NCBI GenBank assembly: GCA_977017645.1
Contig: OZ360242.1
Span: forward strand, 16,368,001-16,432,000
DNA: 64,000 nucleotides
Reading direction: 5' to 3'
DNA from: Torpedo marmorata
Taxonomy: Eukaryota
The notes below the pieces were generated by a model. That model ran no database searches, was not told the DNA's origin, and worked only from the letters and a program-made list of their open reading frames with translations. A program made the translations under genes and the position numbers. This document shows positions 24,138 to 35,059 of this stretch, one piece after another (within the stretch, counting starts at the first letter, position 1; each line of letters begins with the position of its first letter).

Positions 24138-24865
24138 CGCTCCTCGCAGGAAACCATCGATATTCTTAATTGGTACAGGACTAATGATAGGAAATACTTT
24201 TAAAACAAATTGGGTTGAATAACGCCAGCGGGCATCTGAGCGGGAGAAATAGAAGATAACACAGGGAAAAGTCTTTTAAACAGCTTTTTCTGTATTGTTG
24301 ATCAGACTGCAAGCAGTGAGGCAGAGGCTCGGACATATAGAAATCCCCATGAATGCCCTACAGGTGGTCCAGCTCACATAATCCCCCATTTTAAGGCACT
24401 CTCCTTAGCAAGACAATTGTATTCAAAGCCCTCTCTTTTTTGCTCCTAATTGAAGCGATGGACAAGTGTTATAGACGACAAGCTGTAACAAAAACAAACT
24501 CCATGACAATTGCCTGGACTATAGTGGCAAGCAGATAAACAGAATGGCAGCGTTGTTCAGGGAAGTGTATGCTCCTCATAAAAGGACATTTTATTCCTTT
24601 TAGCAGTTTTGGCTGACATAAAAAGAAACTATGCCCAATATACACGCGGCGGATCTTCAAAACTAGCCCAATTGTGCGTGGAAATCGTCCAACTGGCAAC
24701 TTTATTTGCGATTTTTTAACGGGGGACGGGGGGGCGCAATTTCAGTGCTTGCCATAGGCGCTATTTTACCTAGATACGCCACTGGCGGGAAATGGAGGAG
24801 ATGCGGGTGAGGGCTGAGATGTAATGTGGTGGAGGGGAAGCCACGTTTGTGGAAGGCGGCAAAAG

Positions 24866-25130
24866 GGTGGCACAATTGGCTTAGCAGTTAGCGCAACGCC
24901 TTTACAGCGCCAGCGATCGGGACCGGGGTTCGAATCCCGCGCTGTCTGTAAGGAGTTTGTACGTTCTCCCTGTGTCTGCGTGGGTTTTCCCCGGGAGCTC
25001 CGGTTTCCTCCCACCGTTCGAAACGTACCGGGGGTTGTAGGTTAATTGGGTGTAAATTGGGCGGCACGGACTTGTGGGCCGAAATAGCCTGTAACCGTGC
25101 TGTATGTCTAAATTTTTTTTTTAATTAAAA
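24866..25130 (+). mobile_element. tRNA-derived V-SINE (HE1-like)
   Basis: A/B boxes and V-domain GTTCTCCC..GTCTGCGTGGGTTTTCCCCGGG..CTCCGGTTTCCTCCCA; T/A-rich tail. Confidence 0.8.
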
Positions 25131-25139
25131 ATTTTTAAA

Positions 25140-26780
25140 ACTAAAATTCAGAAGATATGGACTGGAAGTCCTCATCTTGGGAACAGATGCGGCGGAGACA
25201 GAGAAATTGTGAGAAGGGAATAGAATCCTTGCAGGGGACAGGGTGTGAGGAAGTGTAGTCAAGGTAGTTGTGGGAGTTGCTGGGTTTGTAATATATGTCG
25301 GTGGAAAGCTTGTCTCCCGAGATGGAGACAGAGAGATCCAGAAAGGGGAGAGTGTTGTCGGAGATGGACCAGGTGAGTCTGAGATTGGGTGGAAGTTGGC
25401 AGCGAAGTGAATGAAGTTGACGAGCTCTTCGCGGTTGCATGAGGCAGCCCCCATGTAGTCATCAATATAACGGAGGAAGAGTTGAGGGGCCTTGCCTGTG
25501 TAGGCTTGCAGCATGGATTGCTCCATGCGGGTACCCATGGCTACTCCTTTGATTTGGAGGAAGTGAGATGAGTCAAAGGAGATGTTGTTTAGAGTGAGGA
25601 CAAGTTCTGCCAGGCAGAGGAGGGTGGTGGTAGAGGGTGACTGGTCGAGTCTCTGGTCCAGAAAGAAGTGAAGTGCTTTAAGACCTTCTGTATGGGGAAT
25701 GGAGGTATAAAGGGATTGGACATCCATCGTGAAAATGAGGCGGTCCAGTTCAGGGAATCTGATGTCATTGAAGAGATGGAGGGCATGTGAGGTATTGAGG
25801 ATGTAGGTGGGGAGGGATTGGACCGGGGTGAAAAGATAGAGTCAAGGTAAGACGAAACTAGTTCAATGGGGCAAGAGCAAGCGGAAACAATGGGTCTGCC
25901 TGGATGGTTGGATTTGTGTATCTTGGTTAAAAGGTAGAATCAGGCAGTGCAGGATGGGAGACAATGAGGTTGGAGTCTGTGGGAGGGAGGTGACCAGAGG
26001 TGATGAGGTTGGAGATGGTGTTGGAGACGGTGGCTTGATGAGTGGTGGTGGGGTCCTGTGGAAGGGGTAAGTAGGAGTAGGTGTTTGAGAGCTGTCGTCT
26101 GGCCTCAGCGAGGTAGAGGTCAGTGCGCCAGACCACAACAGCACCACCCTTGTCTGTGAATTTGATGGTGAGGTTGGGATTGTTGTGGAGAGAGTGGAGG
26201 GCAGAGCGTTCAGAGGAGGTGAGATTAGGTGAAGAGAAGGGAGTGGTGAAGTTGAGATGGTTGATGTCTTGGCAGCAATTAGAGATAAAAAGATCCAGAG
26301 CGGGCAGCTGGCCAGGACGAGGTGTCCAAGAGGAGGAAGAAGGCTTAAAGCAGGAGAAGTGGTCTTGGGTGGGGGGGTGGAGAGTCACGGTCGTGGAAGT
26401 AGGCCCGGAGACGGAGGCGACGGACGAAGAGTTCGGCATCGGGGCGAGTGCGGAACTCATTAAAGTGTGGGCGGAAGGGGACGAAGGTAAGGCCTCTGCT
26501 GAGGACCGAGCGCTCCGTCTCAGAGAGGGGAAGGTCAGAGGGGATGGTAAAGACCAAGCAGGGGTCAGAGTGGGAGTCAGTGTGGTGGAGGGTGTTGAGA
26601 GGAGGTGGAGGGTGTTGGGAGGAGGTGGAGGGTTAGGGAGGTCATAGAGAAGGAAGGTAGGGGAGGTCAGAGGGGGAGGTGGAGGGTTGGGGAGGTCGGA
26701 GGGTAGAGGGGGAGAGTTGGGGAGGGGTGGTGAAGGTCAGAGGGGGGAGGTGGGGGTTGGGGGATGTCAGAGGGAGGAGG
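25140..26780 (-). mobile_element. Penelope-like element, RT region pseudogene
   Basis: LSETERSVLSRGLTF, TDKGGAVVVW, MDVQSLYTSIP, GVAMGT, RYIDD, LPFLD and IYYKP motifs across frameshifted ORFs. Confidence 0.85.
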
Positions 26781-27197
26781 TGAATTCTATCACTGCCTCC
26801 CAAGGGTTCTTTTATCTTAAGCTCCCTTATCAAATCTGGTTCATTAAACAACACCCAAAGCAGAATTGCCTTTTCCCTGATCGGCTCTTCCACAAGCTGC
26901 TCTAAAAAGCTATCCCGAAGGCATTCTATAAATTCCTCCATTTGGGATCCAGCACCAACCTAATTTTCCCAATCAACCTGCATACTGAAATCCCCATGAC
27001 TATCATAACATTGCCTATTTGCATACCTTTTCTATCTTCCACTGTAATTTGTACGTCACCTCCTGTCTACTTTTTGGAGGCCTGTTTATTACTCCCATCA
27101 AGATTCAAAATTCTTTTATTGTCATGTAATAGTACAGAACATGAAATATTACATGAAATTGCCTTCTACCTGCCATAAGGCAGACAAAGAGTCGGCA

Positions 27198-30100
27198 TGA
27201 TGTACCTATCAATGACAGATGCGAGTCTAGAAGTGCAGGAATTAATAGGCTTTTAATACCAGAATCAAGGCCAGGGCTAAGCTACACCTTGACCTGGTGA
27301 TCCCTGCTGGATTGTCCCGGAACTGAGGGAGGAGTCAATGGCTCAAGGCCTTTATTCCAGGGAAAGGGGGGAGGAGTCACCGGGACAGACAGACAGGTCA
27401 TGGTCATACTTGCCTCAGGCCACAATACCTATATACATACTAAAAGTGGTTTACCACATTCACCCCTTCTTTTAGAACAAGTCCGACGGGGGGGGGGGGG
27501 GTGAAGTGGATACCATAATATTAAAGAAAAGAACAAATAAACATAGATTATTTACATAGTCTCTACAAGTCGAGTCTAACCGGCGGCCGGATTCGCCGCC
27601 GTGACCTGCGTAGTACCAGCGGTGATGGTAGTGGTTGTGGAATGAGGGTACGTGATGCCTGCGGAGATGGTTGTGGTTGTGGAACGGGAGTAGGTATAGT
27701 AGGGTGGATCTGGGTTTGGTTCGCCTCCTGCCTGGCTTGTGGCCTTTCCAGCTGCGGCTGGGGCGTTGTACCCGCCGTGCTGGGAGGCGGATGGGCCGGA
27801 GGGGGCAGCTGCGACCCGGCGTTCCCGCTGTCGGGGACCTCCTCTGACGCTCCTGCAGGCGCCAGGTCCCGTATGGACACCGTGTCTTCCCGTCCGTCAG
27901 GGAAAACCACGAATGCGTACTGCGGGTTCGCATGGATCAGCTGCACCCTCTCGACCAAGGGCTCGTACTTGCTACTCCGAAGATGTTTGCGGAGTAGCAC
28001 CGGCCCTGGGGACGTCAGCCAGGCAGGGAGGGTGGTCCCAGTGGTCGATTTTCTGGGGAAGGAAAAGAGACGTTCGTGAGGGGTAGCGTTAGTGGCAGTA
28101 CACAAAAGGGATCGTATGGAGTGGAGGGCGTCCGGGAGAACCTCCTGCCAGCGAGCCACTGGCCACCCTTTTGCTTTCAGGGCCAGTAGTGTAGCTGTCC
28201 ATACCGTGGCGTTCTCCCTCTCCACCTGTCCGTTCCCCCGTGGGTTGTACCCCGTGGTCCTACTGGTGGCGATGCCTCGGGTCTGCAAATGCTGTCGCAG
28301 CTCCTCGCTCATGAACGCGGATCCCCGGTCGCTATGGACATAGCTGGGGAACCCGAACAAGGTGAATACCTGGTGGAGGGCCTTGATAGCCGACGCCGCC
28401 GAGGTATCTGGGCAGGGGATGGCAAAGGGGAACCGCGAGTACTCATCGATGATGTTGAGGAAGTACACATTGCGGTTCGTGGAGGGAAGGGGGCCCTTGA
28501 AGTCTGTACTGAGACTTTCGAACGGGCGGGTGGCCTTGACCAGCTGTGCTTTGTCGGGGCGGTAGTACTGCGGTTTGCATTCCGCACAGACTCGGCAGCT
28601 GCTGGTCATGGTTCTGACCTCATCCAGGGAGAAAGGCAGGTTCCGTGCTTTAATGAAGTGGAACAGCCTGGTGACTCCTGGGTGGCAGAGGTCGTTGTGT
28701 AGGGAGTATAACCGGTCGATCTGCGCGCTGGCGCACGATCCCCGGGATAGAGCGTCAGGGGGCTCGTTGAGCTTCCCGGGCCGGTACATGATGTCGTAAT
28801 TATAGGTGGAGAGTTCTATTCTCCACCTCATGATTTTGTCATTCTTGATTTTACCCCGCTGCTGGCTGTTAAACATGAATGCGACGGAGCGCTGGTCCGT
28901 CAGCAGGGTAAAATGTTTTCCGGCGAGATAGTGCCTCCAATGCCGAACAGCCTCGACAATGGCCTGGGCCTCTTTCTCTACCGCGGAGTGCCGAATTTCG
29001 GGGCCTTGAAGGGTGCGGGAGAAAAACGCTACCGGCCTTCCCGCCTGGTTGAGGGTAGCAGCCAGTGCGAAGTCCGAGGTGTCACTCTCCACCTGAAAAG
29101 GTTCCGACTCGTCCACCGCGTGCATCGCTGCTCGGGCGATGTCCCCTTTTATGAGGTCGAAAGCCTCACGTGCCTCCGCTGCAAGGGGAAACTTGGTGGA
29201 CTTGACGAGGGGTCGGGCTTTGTCCGCGTAGTTTGGGACCCACTGCGCATAATACGAAAAAAACCCGAGGCATCGTTTAAGTGCTTTGGGGGTAACGGGG
29301 ATCGGAAGTTCCAACAGGGGGCGCATGCGGTCGGGGTCGGGTCCAATCACCCCGTTTTCCACGACGCACCCCAGGATAGCGAGTCGGGTAGTCCCGAACA
29401 CGCATTTCTCCTTGTTATAAGTGAGGTTCAGCGTCTCGGCTGCCTGCAGGAACTTCCGAAGGTTCCTATCGTGATCCTGGCGATCATGACCACAAATGGT
29501 GATGTCGTCCAGGTACGGGAAGGTGGCAGTGAGCTTGAACTGGTCAATGATCCTGTCCATCTCCCGTTGGAACACGGATACCCCATTTGTTACCCCGAAG
29601 GGGACGCGCAGAAAATGAAATAATCTGCCGTCCGCCTCGAAAGCGGTGTACACTCGGTCCTCCCGGCGAATCGGGAGCTGATGGTAAGCCGACTTTAGGT
29701 CGATAGTGGAGAATACTTTATACTGCGCAATCTGGTTGACCATATCCGCGATTCTTGGCAGCGGATAGACGTCCAGTTGCGTGAACCGGTTGATGGTCTG
29801 GCTATAGTCCACCACCATCCGGCTCTTAGCCCCGTTCTTCACCACGACTACCTGTGCTCTCCAGGGGCTGTTACTGGGTGCAATGATCCCTTCCTCCAGT
29901 AAACGCTGCACCTCCGCCTTAATGAATGCCCTGTCCCCTGCACTGTATCGCCTACTTTTAGTTGCAATGGGCTTACAGTCAGGGGTCAGGTTGGCGAAGA
30001 GTGGCGGGGGTTGGGTCTTCAGCGTGGAGAGACCACAGGTAGTCTGGGGCGTATTATTCACGTATTGGGGGTTTGCCACTACGATCGGGGGGTGGGGCCC

Positions 30101-31955
30101 ATCATAGTGCATGGTGACGCTACGCAGGTGGCTTTGGAAGTCCAATCCCAGCAATACAGGAGCACACAAACGGGGCATGACCATCAATGAAAACTCCCGA
30201 TATTCCGTGCCCTGTACCACTATATTCGCCACACAACCCCCCCGGATGTCTGTTGTGTGCGTTCCAGATGCCATGGCCACCCTCTGGCTTACCGGTACAA
30301 TGGTGAGGCCACAGCGCTGGGCAGTGTCTGGGTGTATAAAACTTTCGGTACTGCTTGTGTTGAACAGGCAGGTGGTCTTATGCCCCTCAACTAGTATGTC
30401 CATCATTGATCTGGACAGTTGATGGGGCGCGTTCTGGTCCAGCGTCACGGATGCCAGGGTCGGGACGAAGTCTTGGTCCGACGAGTCGTCTTGATCCGAT
30501 GGCAGCTCCCGTAGCGCACACGTGTCGCTACAAGATGGCGGCGCCGGAAGTGCTGGCACAGCCGCGGCGAGGTTGTAAAATGGCCGCGCCGGAAATGTAG
30601 AAACCGGAAGTGCAGACCAAGATGGCCGCCTCCATTCCTCGCACGAGGTCTCCGCCAGAAGTGACGTCAGGTAAGATGGCCGCTCCCCCACTTCGCATGC
30701 GGCGCTGCTCGAAACCGGAAGTGCTGCGCGCCGAGATGGCCGCCTCCATTCCTCGCACGAGGTCTCCGCCGGAAGTGACGTCAGGTAAGATGGCCGCTCC
30801 CTTACTTCGCACGCGGCGCTGCTCGGACCCGTACGCGACTTGGAGCGGCAGGCCTTAGCATAGTGGCCTTTCTTGCCACAGCTAGAACAAGTCGCGTCTC
30901 GGGCCGGGCAGCGCTTGCGCGGGTGTTTGTCGAGCCCGCAGAAGTAGCACTTCTCGGGCTCCCGGGTGACAGCGGCAGCGGTTAACTCACGGGTGGCGGC
31001 GGGCTCTCGGGCAGCGGCGGCAACGGCCAACTCACGGATAGCATCGGCGGCGGTGATCGGGTCCCGGTAGACGGCAGCGGCCGTCGCGTTGCTTGCAGGG
31101 CTGGCGGTTGGGGCGATCCAAGAGGCAGGCTGCGTCTGCATAGCGTCAGCGTTCTTGAGCGCCGATTCCAGCGTGAGGATATTCCGGACGGTAGATTTCA
31201 GGGTCAGGTCGGCGTGTTCCAGCAATCGCTGGCGAATGTAACCCGACCTGATCCCCATAATGATAGTGTCCCTTGCCAGTATTTCGGCGTGTTGCTCGGC
31301 CGTCAGGGCTCGACAATCGCACGCCCGCACCAGGAGCATCACGTCCTGGATATATTCAGAGATCGACTCTCCGGGTCGCTGGTACCGTTGCGATAACCGG
31401 TGCCTCGCGAAAACCTCGTTCACCGGCGTCAGGTACAGCCTTCGGAGGGCTTCCAAGGCATCCTCATAGGTATCACAGTCTCTGACAGCGCCATACACTC
31501 GTTTGCTTACTCTGGACATGAGGATGTCGAGTCTATGCTCGTTGGTAGCCGCTCCGGTCGACCTCAGGAAGGCTATGAAGCAGCGCAGCCAGAGTTCAAA
31601 GTCACTTGCAGCGTCTTGGGCCAGGGGGTCGATGTCCAGCTTATCCGGCCTCAGAAAATTCTCCATCGGATTTTCTTGGAACTGGTATTAAAATTGATGT
31701 ACCTATCAATGACAGACGCGAGTCTAGAAGTGCAGGAATTAATAGGCTTTTAATACCAGAATCAAGGCCAGGGCTAAGCTACACCTTGACCTGGTGATCC
31801 CTGCTGGATTGTCCCGGAACTGAGGGAGGAGTCAATGGCTCAAGGCCTTTATTCCAGGGAAAGGGGGGAGGAGTCACCGGGACAGACAGACAGGTCATGG
31901 TCATACTTGCCTCAGGCCACAATACCTATATACATACTAAAAGTGGTTTACCACA
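27198..31955 (-). mobile_element. Full-length Ty3/Gypsy LTR retrotransposon (Mag-like), element B, related to element A
   Basis: 261-bp LTRs at 27198-27458 and 31695-31955 (1 mismatch seen); TSD CGGCA at 27193-27197 and 31956-31960; PPT; single ORF. Confidence 0.96.
27563..31666 (-). CDS. Gag-Pol polyprotein, 1367 aa, uninterrupted; protease active site reads LFNTSS
   Basis: Same domain order and motifs as 3787-7614; YLDD intact; 38-aa tandem duplication in the gag-protease linker. Confidence 0.93.
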   Translation of the reverse strand: MENFLRPDKLDIDPLAQDAASDFELWLRCFIAFLRSTGAATNEHRLDILMSRVSKRVYGAVRDCDTYEDALEALRRLYLTPVNEVFARHRLSQRYQRPGESISEYIQDVMLLVRACDCRALTAEQHAEILARDTIIMGIRSGYIRQRLLEHADLTLKSTVRNILTLESALKNADAMQTQPASWIAPTASPASNATAAAVYRDPITAADAIRELAVAAAAREPAATRELTAAAVTREPEKCYFCGLDKHPRKRCPARDATCSSCGKKGHYAKACRSKSRTGPSSAACEVRERPSYLTSLPAETSCEEWRRPSRRAALPVSSSAACEVGERPSYLTSLLAETSCEEWRRPSWSALPVSTFPARPFYNLAAAVPALPAPPSCSDTCALRELPSDQDDSSDQDFVPTLASVTLDQNAPHQLSRSMMDILVEGHKTTCLFNTSSTESFIHPDTAQRCGLTIVPVSQRVAMASGTHTTDIRGGCVANIVVQGTEYREFSLMVMPRLCAPVLLGLDFQSHLRSVTMHYDGPHPPIVVANPQYVNNTPQTTCGLSTLKTQPPPLFANLTPDCKPIATKSRRYSAGDRAFIKAEVQRLLEEGIIAPSNSPWRAQVVVVKNGAKSRMVVDYSQTINRFTQLDVYPLPRIADMVNQIAQYKVFSTIDLKSAYHQLPIRREDRVYTAFEADGRLFHFLRVPFGVTNGVSVFQREMDRIIDQFKLTATFPYLDDITICGHDRQDHDRNLRKFLQAAETLNLTYNKEKCVFGTTRLAILGCVVENGVIGPDPDRMRPLLELPIPVTPKALKRCLGFFSYYAQWVPNYADKARPLVKSTKFPLAAEAREAFDLIKGDIARAAMHAVDESEPFQVESDTSDFALAATLNQAGRPVAFFSRTLQGPEIRHSAVEKEAQAIVEAVRHWRHYLAGKHFTLLTDQRSVAFMFNSQQRGKIKNDKIMRWRIELSTYNYDIMYRPGKLNEPPDALSRGSCASAQIDRLYSLHNDLCHPGVTRLFHFIKARNLPFSLDEVRTMTSSCRVCAECKPQYYRPDKAQLVKATRPFESLSTDFKGPLPSTNRNVYFLNIIDEYSRFPFAIPCPDTSAASAIKALHQVFTLFGFPSYVHSDRGSAFMSEELRQHLQTRGIATSRTTGYNPRGNGQVERENATVWTATLLALKAKGWPVARWQEVLPDALHSIRSLLCTATNATPHERLFSFPRKSTTGTTLPAWLTSPGPVLLRKHLRSSKYEPLVERVQLIHANPQYAFVVFPDGREDTVSIRDLAPAGASEEVPDSGNAGSQLPPPAHPPPSTAGTTPQPQLERPQARQEANQTQIHPTIPTPVPQPQPSPQASRTLIPQPLPSPLVLRRSRRRIRPPVRLDL

Positions 31956-32989
31956 CGGCATTAGTGTTCTTCGGAGCAGCGCTGTGTCTCCGCTCTTCTG
32001 GGTCCACACCAGTGCCAGAGCTGCTGTTACAGCAGCTCTGGCAACCCCTTACAATAAGAGAGAAAGAGAAACAAAAGAGAGTACCTTCAGAGTCAGTGAG
32101 CGTCCGTGGATTCGCCTCCAGCGCTCCCGCAGCCTCTGCAGTCACACAGATTCCTGTTCAATCCATCGGCAACCCAAGCTCAGATGCAAACCTCAAACAC
32201 GATCAGGAAGCCTTCAGCACTCGAGGCAGTTCAGGAGCCCTTCTTGCCCTCAGCACCCTCTCGAATCCCGGCTCCGATACCTGGTTCCAATGAGCCAGTC
32301 TCCAGCAGTCCACAGCCCATGCGGGTCCCCCAACAGCAAGTTGCCCACAGCCTGTGTGGCTCCTTGAGTCGCTGAGTCCCTCGCTGGTTCGCCACCATGG
32401 TCACCGTCTTGTAGAGTTGTCTCCTCTGCTTCTCCTTCTCAACGGGGGGGGGAGGGAATGTTCTCCACATTTCTGGTGTCTGCTTCTTCCTGGAATCTGC
32501 AACCCCTTGTGGCCACTGCCCGACTACAGGCATTGCCATCTTGGATACAGACTTGTGGTTGCAGGATTTTAATTTAAAAACACCTTCGGCTCCTCTAACA
32601 GGCCGTTTAATGCTAGTACGGAGCTGCTGGCATTAGGACCGGACGGTTGAACCCTTTGAAGCAGCGCTGTCTCCGCTCTCCCTGGTCCACACCAGCGGCA
32701 GCGCTGCCGTTACAGCAGCTCTGGTAGAGCCGCCATCTTTTTTTTTTACTCTTGCAATTTCTTAACTCGACCCACAGGGATTCTACATCTGATCCCATGT
32801 CTCCCCTTTACAAGGATTTGATTCCATTTTGATACCAACAGAGCCACCCCACTCCCAATGCCTACCTGCCTGTCCTTTTGATACACCATGTATCCTTGGA
32901 TGTTAAGTTCCCAGTGATTTTCTTTCAGCCACGACTCAGTGATGCCTGCAATGTCAGACCTGTCAAATTCCACTTGCGCTACAAGATTT

Positions 32990-33232
32990 AAATTTAGACA
33001 TACAGCATGGTAACAGGCCCCTTCGGCCCACAAGCCTGTGCCACCCAATTACTCCCAATTGACCTACACTCCCGGTAGGTTTTGAAGGGTGGGAGGAAAC
33101 TGGAGCAGCAGGAGGAAACCCACGCAGACACGGGGAGATCGTACAAACCCCGTACGGACAGCGCTGGATTCAAACCCGGGTTGCTGGCGCTGTAATAGCA
33201 TCACACTAACCGCTACACTAACCATGCTGCCC
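32990..33232 (-). mobile_element. V-SINE
   Basis: Reverse complement of the SINE at 24866-25130. Confidence 0.75.
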
Positions 33233-33343
33233 CGCGACACTAACCGTTATCTACCTTATTCCTTATTCTGTGTGCACTTAATTACAAGATCTTCAGTCCT
33301 GTCCTGTATTCATCTTCCTTTTCAACTTTGTCTCCAGAATACC

Positions 33344-34482
33344 GCCCCATCATCCCCTCAAAACTGATCAGCAAACTCCAAGACCTGGGCCTCCATACCT
33401 CATTGTGTAATTTGATCCTGGATTTCCTCACCTCCAGACCCCAATCAGTGAGGATTGGTAAGAACATCTCCTCCACAATCTCCATCAATACTGGACCACC
33501 ACAAGGTTGCGTACTTAACCACCTGCTCTACCAGCTTTACACCACTGTGTGGCTCGGAACAGCACCATTTACAAATTTGCTGACGATACCACGGTAGTGG
33601 GTTGTATAAGGAGGGCTGATGAGTCAGCATACCGTTTGAAAACTTGGCTGAATGGTGTACTAACAACAACCTCACAATGTCACCAAAACGAAGGAACTGA
33701 TTTTGAACTTTAGGAAGGGAAAACCAGAGGTGTACGATCCAATGATCATTGGGGGATCGATCAGAGATGGAGAGGGTGAGCAAATTTAAATTCCTGGGAG
33801 TCACTATCTGAGGTCCCTTCCTGGACCCAAACACAAATGTCATCGTGAAGAAAGCACGTCAGCGCCTCTACTTCCTCAGGAGTTTGCGGAGGTTTGGTAT
33901 GACCTCAAAAACCTTGGAAAAATCTCAAGATGTGTAGTGGAAAGTGTGGTGACCGGGTGCATCATGGCCTGGCATGGGGGCACCAATACCTCTGAGTAGA
34001 AAGCTCTGCAAATAGTGGACGTAGCCCAGTACATCACAGGAAAAACTCTCCCCACCATCGAGAAAATCTACATGGAACACAGCCGCTAGAGAGCAGCAGC
34101 AATCATCAAGGATCCACACCACTCAGGACATGCACTGTTCTCGCTGCTGCCATCAGGATAGAGGTATAGGTGCCACAAGACTCGTACCTCCAGGATCAGG
34201 AGCAGTTGCTACCCCTCCACCATCAGACTCCTAAACAACAGACTCAGAGACTCATTTAAGGACTCTTCCTTTGCACATTATTTATAACTGAATATTTATT
34301 TTTTCTTCTGTATTTTAGTTTGTTTTCATTTCTTTCTTTGTTTACATTTCTCTCTTTTGTATATGTATCTTTTCTTGAGTACAGTTTTTTGCTCTACCGA
34401 TAAGTAGAAATTCTGCCTGGCCCACAGGAAGAAGAATCTTCGGGTTGTATGCGATGTCATGTATGTAATCTGACAATAAATT
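33344..34482 (+). mobile_element. Rex1/Babar-type LINE 3' fragment
   Basis: [29 protein letters not shown] and KKARQRLYFLR; AATAAA at the 3' end. Confidence 0.75.
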
Positions 34483-34484
34483 TG

Positions 34485-34728
34485 GGCGGCACGGTTAGCA
34501 CAACGCTGTTACAGCGCCAGTGATCGGGACCTGGGTTCGAATCCCGCGCTGTCTGTAAGGAGTTTGTACGTTCTCCCTGTGTCTGTGTGGGTTTTCCCTG
34601 GGGGCTCGAGTTTCCTCCCACCGTTCGAAACCTACTGGGGGTTGTAGGTTAATTGGGTGTAATTGGGCGGCACGGGCTCGTTGGTGAAATGGCCTGTTAC
34701 CGTGCTGTATGTCTAAATTTAAAAATTT
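34485..34728 (+). mobile_element. V-SINE
   Basis: Matches the other SINE copies. Confidence 0.78.
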
Positions 34729-34884
34729 ATGTCTGCAATTTTGCCCTATTGAATGCCCATCCTTCCTCACAATCTCACTGCACTGTGCATGTACTTGTAT
34801 ATCATCTGCCCTAACACACTGGCAAACTAATTTAAATCATCCCCAAGAGCTCCAGCAAACCTGCTCATTGGGATGGAAAGTAAA

Positions 34885-35050
34885 ACAGGAAAATCTGTAG
34901 ACACCGTGGTTGAAGTAAAAAACACAAATGCTGGAGAAACTCAGCAGGTCAAACAGTGTCTTTTATGTAGCAAAGGTAGAAATACATAACCGACGTTTCG
35001 GGCTTGAGCCCCTCATCAAAGTATGAGAAAATGCCGGCAGGCGTCCGAAC
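34885..35050 (-). repeat. Penelope-like terminal repeat with a minimal hammerhead-ribozyme-like motif
   Basis: Minus strand reads TTGATGA-G-GGGCTCAAGCCC-GAAAC-GTC at 35019-34992. Related copies at about 19000-19085, 23201-23277, 36730-36920, 37645-37935 and 63495-63630. Confidence 0.55.
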
Positions 35051-35059
35051 AAAAGAGAT

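Larger units (their letters stand above)
26780..32985 (-). mobile_element. CR1 endonuclease-region fragment (26780-27100 and 32745-32985) split by nested insertions
   Basis: EFIECLRDSFLEQLVEEP..EPLGGSD and GITESWL..NIQGY..GSGVALLV. Confidence 0.7.

Noticed and set aside
24866-24945. tRNA-like A/B boxes
   Set aside because: Head of a V-SINE, present in several copies; no complete cloverleaf.
26570-26780. Purine/G-rich tract with G-quadruplex or triplex potential
   Set aside because: Low-complexity segment at the Penelope-like element's edge; no independent evidence of function.
28913-29623. 236-aa ORF antisense to element B pol (and similar antisense ORFs in element A)
   Set aside because: Shadow ORFs of GC-rich coding sequence; not kept open at the same length in the sister element.
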